This document shows positions 1 through 9,900 of a stretch of DNA of 64,000 nucleotides, one piece after another. A program made the position numbers and the translations under genes. A model generated the notes under the pieces. It made no database searches, was not told where the DNA came from, and saw only the letters and a list, made by a program, of their open reading frames with translations. Source of the DNA: Amphiscolops sp. MND2022 (lineage: Eukaryota); NCBI GenBank assembly GCA_964187785.1, contig OZ076421.1, positions 48,980,001 to 49,044,000 of the forward strand. The letters are read 5' to 3'. Every line of letters starts with the position of its first letter. Position 1 is the first letter of the stretch.

Positions 1-3000
1 CACAGTGTCGTGGTTAGTGTTTTTGCAGCTTTTTGCCACCGGATGGCGGCTATTTTCGTCTGAGGCGACTAAAATAAAAAGGGACGAGTTCAGGTGTTTA
101 CTATTCGGATTTCCTGTGAGATCAATTTGAATTTCCTCTACAGGGTTTCTGAACGGTTCGATTTTTGATTTTTTGATACTAGGGATTTGTGAGTTTAAAT
201 TTTTACTGGCTTTTGGACAGGTGGAGTAGGTTTTTGCCTTTTGCTATATGTCAGACTTCATGTGAGGCTACCAGAATATCACTGCGTCACTGCATATTTT
301 TTTGACCCCGGAATGGCGGCAGTGTAGGGCGTTTAGTGCAGAGTATCGCCAACTTTTGGCGACGATGAATTGGTCGTCAACCATAGTTATACCCCAGCGC
401 GGTGTGTCAGTCCCTTTGCCACCTGTTTATAGTCTTCGGGGATCAGCTGCATGTTGTTGTCTTCCAAACAGCATTGTAATTCAACTAGGTGTAGATCCGC
501 TGCTGTTTCTTTAGTCACGGGTTCCAAATAGAACATAAAATTGATCGAATGTCGTCTTTTTGTTGTCGGTTTCGGGCTGGTTTTTTCTCTATCAAAAGTA
601 GTGGACGGCTATTTCTTCAATCGACCCGTCACGATACTCTTACACAGGGATACCTGGGTGGACTTCAAGTTCTTCCGTAGTAAACGTCTCCTCTGGTGAT
701 GATTATGCCGTCGATTTGGTGTCTCGTGTCGATTTTTGTTTTGTTATTATCTCCGGATTGGCTTTGGTAGTTGGTGTTGTTCGCGGTGGGATTTCGTCGC
801 CAAAATCTGTGAAGGAGCTGCCTCCGACACGTTCAAGGCCCCAAATCACGCGTAATAAGTCGACGGAAGATTTCTTTTTGGCGTCGTTGAAGCGGCTGGC
901 AAAAGCAATGGGATTGTGAGTTTAAATTTTTACTGGCTTTTGGACAGGTGGAGTAGGTTTTTGCCTTGGTGATATCCCGAGCAAGCATGCTGTTTCCCTA
1001 TGGTAGATTCTTGATTTCTTTTTGCTAGCTCTGTAGTCTTCGTTTTCAAGTTTTGTAGGACTGATTCTAGTTTGTTAGTGTGTTGTTCCTTTGTTCCGCG
1101 TTTACGACTATTATGTCGTCTAACGCTTTTGGTGTTTGGTGGCCTAGTGTCTGGGCAATTTTCTCTTGGAAGAAAGTCAGTATGTCGCCTGTTCCGTAGA
1201 AGCCCGTATCCGTTAATTTTTTCTCCCGTGATTGCAAACTGGCTGGTTGATTGCAAATTGGCTGGTTGATTGCAACTGCTTTCCGGTGCAAGTTTCATCC
1301 GTCCGTAGACGTGGTGTAAGTCTGTGACGGATATTCAAATCGAATCTGGGTTGTTTTTTTACAGTTCGCATGAGATTTGGTTAAGTAGTTTATCCATTTT
1401 GGGTTTTGTCGTCTTTTTACACAGTTATTGTTCAGTTTTCGGGCATCTGATGCGATTTTGACCGATTTGTTTTTTTTCGAGGGCTACAAAGCAGACTTCT
1501 TCGACTGTTTCCCAATTTTCTAGATGGATGTCCGGATTTTATTAGTCGGCCAACTTTGTTCACGTCATCTTGTCGATGGTATGGAATTGGTCGTGCTTGT
1601 TCTTGTATTGGGAAGCTTCCCGAATTTATTTGTATTTGAATTTCAACGTTTTTGATGACGTGGTTTGTTTTAAACAGGTTTTTGAATTTTGTGTACATTG
1701 TTTCTGTTAGGTTGGTTTCTTTGTCCGGTGAGATTTTGTTGATGGTAAATGGTAAATGTTTCGGCCATTATACTCTCGGAAGGGGTGTTATATCGTCTCG
1801 TTTTGTAATTAGTAGTGGCAATTCCGTTTTTGTGTTGTTGTAATCTACATTTAACTAAATCTTTCCCAGGAGTTTGGTTTCGTTTTTGTCCACAACTCAG
1901 TATTTTTCCTTCATCAATTGGATGTTGTTCGTCTTGCATATTGTTGGATTTTTTGGCATGATGGTGATCGGGCAGTCAAGGTCCTTGGTGAATTTTTGCT
2001 TTTTCCGTTTCTTTTCACTTTGATACCTTGGTGATCGTTGTTGTCCGGCCTTTTTATTATTTGTGTTATTTGGCTGATTTCTTCGAGTTCGCTTTCTTCT
2101 TCATCATCCTCCGAAGTCATGTTTTCCAGATAATTAATTGTTCTTGTGTTGTTGTTTGCTTTTCAGCGGCACACCTGTGCGAAGTGTCCTATTTTCTGGC
2201 AGTTGTTGCATTTTACTGTTTTCGCCGGGGAGTCATGTTGGGGTGTCCATTTGTGTTGTCCGCTGAATCCGCAATCATTTTTCTTTTCTGTTCCCCGTTG
2301 TTCTCGGTGCTGCCTTATTTGGATTTTTCGGATTGATTCTTGTTTTATCTCTTCATCCTTTGCCAATGTGGGTGCTATTTTAGATTGTTTTCGTCGACGG
2401 TCGTGGCTGTTTTTGGGAAATGAAAACTACAGTTGCTTTCAAATTTAGGGTTTTTTCACGGATTAGTTTTTCCCCGAGTTTCTTGTCGGTAAAATTTGTA
2501 ATGTATTTCGATCAAAATAGATCTTCTTGTTTCATGCTTTTAAAGTTGTTTTTTTTTCATCGGTTAATAGTTTTGCCAGTTTTCTTCGAGGGTCTCGTTG
2601 TCTTCTTGTTTCGCCCAAACGCAATCTCCACAGCTGTGATAGGTGTTTGATTTTGGCATGTACTATTCAATGAATGACTGTATCAGTTTGTCAGTTTTAA
2701 TGGTATCTGGGTCCATATTAAATTCTCCTTTGGTGAATATTTCGTTGCCGAAAGTGCCGCGCCCCAGATAAAATCTTGTCCGATCTCTGGTTCTTTCGTA
2801 TCCCAGGGATTGCGGGTTGGTGTCATGTCATCTACTAATATTTGCTTGACATCAACTTTGTAGATTCTCTTTATGTAATGCTGAAATCTTTCTTTCCATT
2901 TCTTGGGTGTGTACAAATTTTTCCCGTTGAGTCCGATGTCTTCCCGATACGATAGTCGTATATTTGTTGTAGCTGTAATCGGTTGTTGGTTCATGTCTAA

Positions 3001-3050
3001 AAAAAGTTTTGTACAATGTAGAAGAGGTGTGAATCATGCTTACTGCGCCA
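1..3050 (-). mobile_element. Decayed, internally rearranged Ty3/Gypsy (Mag-like, family A) internal region
   Basis: ORF 2683-2994 resembles gag ORF 5063-5383 (LxGKxLYTPKxWxER). Zn knuckle CNNCQKIGHFAQVCR in ORF 2163-2366. RT remnant FQEKIAQTLGHQT..LDDIIVV in ORF 1067-1291. RNase H PIAFASR remnant at ~880-915 and integrase-start remnants at 1-500. Many stops and frameshifts. Confidence 0.85.
1230..1278. repeat. 19-bp tandem duplication (~2.5 copies)
   Basis: GATTGCAAACTGGCTGGTT / GATTGCAAATTGGCTGGTT / GATTGCAACTG. Confidence 0.9.
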
Positions 3051-3210
3051 TGTTAAGATCGCAAATCTAAAATTAAAAGAATATTGTATGTAGATCTTTA
3101 TTGAACTGTATTCTAAGTATTCTAACGTAGTTTCAAATCATCAATCGTATAAAAATGTCGAGTAAAACAAATTAGACAGAATTCTAATAAGAGTTTGTTT
3201 CCAATAATAC
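3042..3210 (-). repeat. PBS (TGGCGCAGT, 3042-3050) and adjoining 5' LTR remnant of the left Gypsy element
   Basis: The minus strand reads ...ATCTTAACA|TGGCGCAGT, the same PBS as at 5002. AATAAA lies on the minus strand within 3051-3110. The distal LTR boundary is not resolved. Confidence 0.6.
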
Positions 3211-3269
3211 TAAACAACTCTCTGTCTGTTGTAGTTTTGGTGGAGAATGGCAGTTTGACCTCTGCATTT

Positions 3270-3413
3270 CACAACCCCTAGAGCCGTAAATGCAGGAGCC
3301 AAACGAAGCGGAGCGACGTGCCATATGGACATGCTTCATTGTTGCTACTTTGCGGAGGGGCGAAGGGAGCGAAGCGATTGACCCATACAGCAAACATGCT
3401 AACCTCTTCAAAT
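3270..3413 (-). repeat. Dispersed repeat family H1 (diverged copy)
   Basis: Reverse complement of 59875-60005 and of 43628-43681 + 44235-44300 (GGCACGTCGCTCCGCTTCG...CTCCTGCATT). Confidence 0.8.
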
Positions 3414-4765
3414 CAAGTTCTATACATTGTGGCCGAAACAGTACTGAAAGCTAGTAATTTGAATTCTGCTGTTTGAGACCTTTGTAAATTTATGTAAAGT
3501 CATACAGATGAATAGTCAGCATATTTTGAACTACATGTAATGTTTGCTTCAATTTTGAACTACATGTAATTTTTGGTCTATGATTGCTATTCTAAATTGG
3601 CTAGGGATCACACTTAGTAAGGAGTTTTCAGGCCGGCTGCATAAACTTTGAATGGGGCACACTTAGTCAGAAGTACCATGAAATGTTCACCTGCCCGGTT
3701 CTAAAAGGCTCTTCAGAAAATGAATATTGTTTGTAGGGATCCTGACATGAATTCAATTACAGTTACTTTGCAGACTTCCATTTACTTTTTTTTCACTTGA
3801 TTGACAAGAAACAAACCAAAAACACGAATAATTTCCAACCACAAACATTTCGTTGAAAAGCATGACACTTGTTAACAACCAATAAGGCCATAAGATTAGA
3901 AGCTAATACTAATCGTTCCCTTTCAAGGCAGTTAGGCAAAAAGGATCGTGGGTTCGATTCCCGGACATGAAAAACTTTTCATAATTTGGAAATACTTCTT
4001 TGATTCCGTTAATTTAACTTTTAAAAGAGGCCTTCCTATATATGTTTAATGTTATTCACTTTTGTTGACAAATTTTTATTGTTCATTTTGACGTTTATTA
4101 TGCATATACGCTTGCTTTTGCCATTATTCTGGAGAAAAAACTCGATCGTATATAGCCATCGTATGACAAAACAATACAATATTGGTTATCCTTTCTTTTA
4201 TACTTTCAAAACAATCTATAAAGAAACTTTATATCCTTTAGTTATTGTCAATGCTATCAAAATTAGGGAAACGTGAACGTTATGACTATAAATATGGTTT
4301 CTGGCTAAAGACTTCAATTTAGCAGAAATTTTGTACCAATAGGAAATATTCTTACTTCCGGAAAAATGTGTCATTAGGGGTTCGGGAAGCAAAAAATTCA
4401 CGTCAAAAAACCAGCAACAGAGGCAGCAAGATAAACCACCCTCATAGTCTATTCTGGAAATGATACCTCAGATACCTGGAAATGAACTGAAACAGTTTTA
4501 GCAAAGTTTGAATAGCATCAAAAACGTTTTTGAGGCCAACATTTCAAGTGCAATAGTCAAATCGACTGAGCACTCTAATGAAAAAAGACCCGTAAGCCAG
4601 CGTTTGTCTTAGAATCTTGAAATTCTTGGCAAGATTCTGAGATCTTCCCGCTGATCAACCCTAAGATACCGAGAAATCCAAAACATCTGCCCAAAAATGG
4701 CCGTGTCTTAAAGTTTCTAGCAGGATCTTCAGATTTTTATGCTCTCCGATATTTCTCATATCGAC

Positions 4766-5001
4766 TGTGACATCAGGCCAATACTATGACCTCCACAATC
4801 GCCGTAGCATACGGATCAAGACAGAGAGACTATTATTGTTTACCAACATAGAACTCTAAATGCTGTCAAAATGCTGTGTTGTACCATAGATATTGCCCAT
4901 TATACTTGATCAGATACTGAAATTTAGTTGATAAAGAAGAAGAAACAGTTTATTCTTCTAGAATAAAGACCGTTTTTACCGTATTCACCGAGATTATCAC
5001 A
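4766..5001 (+). repeat. 5' LTR, family A
   Basis: TGTGACA...TATCACA termini and AATAAA, followed directly by PBS TGGCGCAGT (5002-5010; resembles tRNA-Ser-type PBSs). The left boundary is inferred from the terminal inverted repeat only. Confidence 0.75.
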
Positions 5002-5062
5002 TGGCGCAGTAGCAAGATTTATTTTTACCGTAAAAACCCAATTTTAACCGATCAAACTATCG

Positions 5063-6160
5063 ATGGCGACAACCAAGAATAATATAGTGCTACCGTACCT
5101 TGAAGACACCGGACTCGACGGTAAAAAACTATATACCCCTAAAGAATGGACCGAACGATTACGACACTACATACATCGAATTTACAATATCGATATAAAA
5201 CCGGCTTTATCCGGGGAAACGATACAAACAAATATTGAAAGGACGACAAAAGAACCCGAGATAAGACAAGATTTCATCAGGGGAGCAGGACCTTCAGCAA
5301 TAGAAACCATTACCAAAGGAGAATTAAACACAGATCTCAATACCATCAATACAGAAAAACTCATCAAACTATTCAAAGATTAGTACTTGCCAAAACGAAA
5401 CACCTACCACAGCCGAGGCGATTTCTTCTGGGCAAAACAAGAAAAAATGAGACACCGGAAGAACACTGGCGAAAACTAGTATCCCTAGAAAAGAACTGCG
5501 AATTCAAAGACATCAAACAAGGAGATCTAATAATATCAAATTTCATTACCAGCATAACTGATACTAAGGGCAAAACTCAATAGTGAAAAGACACTAAATC
5601 TGAAAACCACAATGGATCTAGTAACCCAAGACAGCTACGAAAGAAGACATAAACAATCATCAACAATACCACCAGCACTTGCGAAAGAAAAAGAAATAGA
5701 AGAACCGATACAAAAAATACAACCGCGGATCAAACAAAACTACTGGAAAAATGCCGAAACAGCAACGAAGAACAATAACTGTGGATTTTGCAGACAGCAA
5801 AACTGATCACCATCACAAAAATGCCCGGCTAGAACGGTAGAATGTAACAACTGCCACAAAATGGGACACTTCGCGAGAGTGTACCGCAGCGAAACCGATG
5901 GTACAAAAAAACAAAAAACATTACTATTTCGAAGAGACATATAACGAAGAGGAAGAAAGTGAACCGGAAGAAATACAACAAATCACGCGAATCAACAGGG
6001 TACTACCACACGAAATTGACAATTACGGGATCAAACTAAACATCAACGGCGAATATCTAAACCTGACCATCGATACCGGTTCTCCGGTTACAATAAAGCC
6101 AAACAACCCGGAACTCTACGACCAAAAAGATATCAAAACATTAAAAGAAAGATATTCAAG
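5063..6160 (+). pseudogene. gag (two CCHC-type knuckles) and aspartic protease, disrupted
   Basis: [20 protein letters not shown] double-knuckle remnant at ~5780-5885. LTIDTGSPVTI protease motif in ORF 5898-6173. Stops and frameshifts. Confidence 0.85.
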
Positions 6161-6169
6161 ATGTGTACA

Positions 6170-6905
6170 CTAGAGCCGCATATGCGGTAAAGGAGTCGGC
6201 TTAGGTTTTTTCTTCTGACTCGCCCCAATCCCAGTCATAACAATTTACTGGATTTGCACACATAGGACAATACTATGGTGTAGAAAATGACTGTAAAAAT
6301 TTCCCTTCGAATCGTATGAACAGTTTTAGCAAAAGTCAAAAAAAGTCGAAAAAAGCCGGTTTTTTGGCCATTTTTGGGTTAATTTAGGCTATGTTTCTCA
6401 CATCCCAGCAATATGAAATTGTTGAAATTACACACAAAGGACCGTAACATGGTGTAGAATGACTGTACAAAATTTCATTTGATTCGTATGGACAGTTTTT
6501 GAGAAAATAGAAACAAATCGAAAAATGAGTGTTTTTTGGCCATTTTTGGGCTAATTTTGGCTATGTTTCTCACATCCCAGCCATACGATTTTGATTCCAT
6601 TGCACACATAAGACTCTAAAATGCTGTAAAATAACTGTAGAAAATTTCGTTCGAATCGTATGGACAGTTTTTGAGAAAATCGAAAAAAAGTCGAAAAATC
6701 GCTATTTTTTGGCCATTTTTGTCTAATTTTGGCTATGTTTCTTACATCCCAACCATACGATTTTGATGCCTTTGCGCACGCTGGGGCCCCTTCGGGTGTA
6801 GAATGACTGTGCAAAATTTCGTGAAAATCGTATTGACAGGGAGAAAAAAAACAAAAAAAAACAGCACGATTGCATAAGTAGTCGGAAATTTTTTCCGACT
6901 TCTAA
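6170..6905 (-). mobile_element. Non-autonomous Helitron2/Helentron-type element (family S) carrying ~172-bp satellite monomers
   Basis: Interrupts pol inside an A-run with no TSD. Minus strand: TT-AGAAGTCGG plus 5' hairpin (plus 6879-6903), monomers, then CCGACTCCT (plus 6191-6199), hairpin CCGCATATGCGG (6176-6187) and CTAG (6170-6173). Confidence 0.75.
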
Positions 6906-9900
6906 AAAACGAAATTAAATTCGTCAGGTAAACTTGGGTCGATATCGAATACAACGGGAAAACAACAAAATTGCCAATCTTGATCCCAAAAAGAAGCGAC
7001 ATCACACCATTACTAGGTGTGATCTGGATGAAGCAATTACCAATCACCATTAACAAAATCCAATTGGACGAACCTATCAACCAATCGGAAGCCATCCACA
7101 CGAAATTCGGCAAGCTATTTGAAACAAACCATACAATCAAAAACATAGAAGTGAAATTTCCAACAAAACCAGGGTGTTACGCAATTCAATAAAAAGACAG
7201 ACCGATACCGTATCACTTACAAAAAGACGTAAAGAACGAACTGGACCAATTAATAAAATCCGGACATCTCGAACGACTAAAAACAGTCGAAGAAAATTGT
7301 TTCGTATCACCCGTGGTAATTAGGGTAAAAAAAGACAAAACCGTGAAAATCGCACTGGATGCCCGGAAACTCAATGACAGCTGTGTGAAGAAAAAAACAC
7401 ACATGCCAAATATGGAAGAATTACTGAACCAAATATCTGCCGACTTATCCTAGAATGACAGCGACCCAATCTGGATATCCGTAATAGAGAACAGGCGAAA
7501 CCAGAGCCGCATATGTGGTAAAGGAATCGGTTTAAGTCTTTTTCCTTCTGACTCGCTTCCGTTCGAATCGTATGAATAGTTTGTGAGAAAATCAAAAAAA
7601 TCGAAAAATGACTGTTTTTTTGGCCTTTTTTGGGCTAAATTTGGCTATGTTTCTCACTTCCCAGCCATACGAATTTAATGAAATTGCACATAAAGGACCA
7701 TAATATGGTGTAGAATTACTGTAGAAAATTTCGTTCGAATCGTAAGGACAGTTTTTGAGAAAATCGAAAAAAATCGAAAAATGACTGTTTTTTGGCCATT
7801 TCTGGGCTAATTTTGGCTATGTTTCTTACATCCCAGCCATACGATTTTGATGTCATTGCACATATAGGACTCTAATATGGTGTAGAATAAGTGTAGAAAA
7901 TTTTGTTCGAATCTTTTGGACAGTTTTTGAGAAAATAGAAAACCAGAGCCGCATATGCGGTAAAGGAGTCGGCTTAAGTCTTTTTCCTTCCGACTCGCTT
8001 TCGTTCGAACCGTATGAACAGTTTGTGAGAAAATTGAAAAAATCGAAAAAAGACTGTTTTTTTGGCCATTTTTGGGCTAAATTTGGCTATGTTTCTCACT
8101 TCCCAGCCATACGAATTTAATGAAATTGCACATAAAGGACCATAATATAGTTTAGAATGACTGTAGAAAATTTCGTTTCGAATCGTAAAGACAGTTTTTG
8201 AGAAAATCGAAAAAAATCGGAAAATGATTGTTTTTTGGCTATTTTTGGGCTAACTTTGGCTATGTTTCTTACATCCCAGCCTCACGATTTTGATGTCATT
8301 GCACATATAGGACTCTAATATGGTGTAGAATAAGTGTAGAAAATTTTGTTCGAATCTTTTGGACAGTTTTGGAGAAAATAGAAAACCAGAGCCGCATATG
8401 CGGTAAAGGAGTCGGCTTAAGTCTTTTTCCTTCCGACTCGCTTTCGTTCGAACCGTATGAACAGTTTGTGAGAAAATTGAAAAAATCGAAAAAAGACTGT
8501 TTTTTTGGCCATTTTTGGGCTAAATTTGGCTATGTTTCTCACTTCCCAGCCATACGAATTTAATGAAATTGCACATAAAGGACCATAATATGGTTTAGAA
8601 TGACTGTAGAAAATTTCGTTCGAATCGTAAGGACAGTTTTTGAGAAAATCGAAAAAAAATCGAAAAATGACTGTTTTTTGGCCATTTATGGGCTAATTTT
8701 GGCTATGTTTCTCACATCCCAGACATACAATTTTGATGCCATTGCACATATAGGACTCTAATATGGTGTAGAAAAACTGTAGAAAATTTCGTTCGAATCG
8801 TATGGACAGTTTTTGAGAAAATCGAAAAAAGTCAAAAAATGGCTGTTTTTTGGCCATTTTTGGGCTAATTTTGGCTATGTTTCTCACATCCCAGCCATAT
8901 GATTTTGATGTCATTGCACATATAGGACTCTAATATGGTGTAGAATAACTGTAGAAAATTTCGTTCGAATCGTATGGACAGTTTTTGAGAAAATAGAAAA
9001 CCACAGCAGCATATGCGGTAAAGGAGTCGGCTTAAGTCTTTTTCCTTCTGACTCGCTTTCGTTCGAACCGTATGAACAGTTTGTGAGAAAATCGAAAAAA
9101 TTGAAAAAGACTGTTTTTTTGGCCATTTTTGGGCTAAATTTGGCTATGTTTCTCACTTCCCAGCCATACGAATTTAATGAAATTGCACATAAAGGACCAT
9201 AATATTGTTTGAAAAGACTGTAGAAAATTTCGTTCGAATCGTATGGTCAGTTTTTGAGAAAATCGAAAAAAGTCGAAAAATGACTGTTTTTGGCCCTTTT
9301 TGGGCTAATTTTGGCTATGTTTCTCACATCCCAGCCATACGATATTAATGCCATTGCACATATAGGACTCTCATTTGGTGTAGAATAACTGTAGAAAATT
9401 TCGTTTGAATCGTATGGACAGTTCTTGAGAAAATCGAAAAAAGTCGAAAAGTGGCTGTTGTTTTGCCACTTTCGGGCTATTTTTGGCTACGTTTCTCACA
9501 TCCCAGCTATACGATTTTGATGCCTTTGCACACGCAGGGGCCCCTTTGGGTGTAGAATGACTGTGCAAAATTTCGTGAAAATCGTATGGACAGTTTTTGA
9601 GAAATTTGAAATTTTCATGAAAAGGTCGGGAGAAAAAAACAAAAAAAACAGCACGATTGCATAAGTAGTCGAAAATTTTTTCCGACTCCTAAAAATTGAA
9701 AAATGAGTGTTTTTGGGCCGTTTTTGAGCTAATTTTGGCTATGTTTCTCACATCCCAGCCATACGATTTTGGTTCCATTGCACATATAAGACTCTAAAAG
9801 GCTGTAGAATAACTGTAGAAAATTTCGTTCGAATCGTATGGACAGTTTTTGAGAAAATCAAAAAAAGTCAAAAAATCGCTGTTTTTGGCCATTTTTGGGC

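Noticed and set aside
3945-3970. tRNA gene at GGTTCGATTCCC
   Set aside because: B-box only, with no convincing A-box or cloverleaf.
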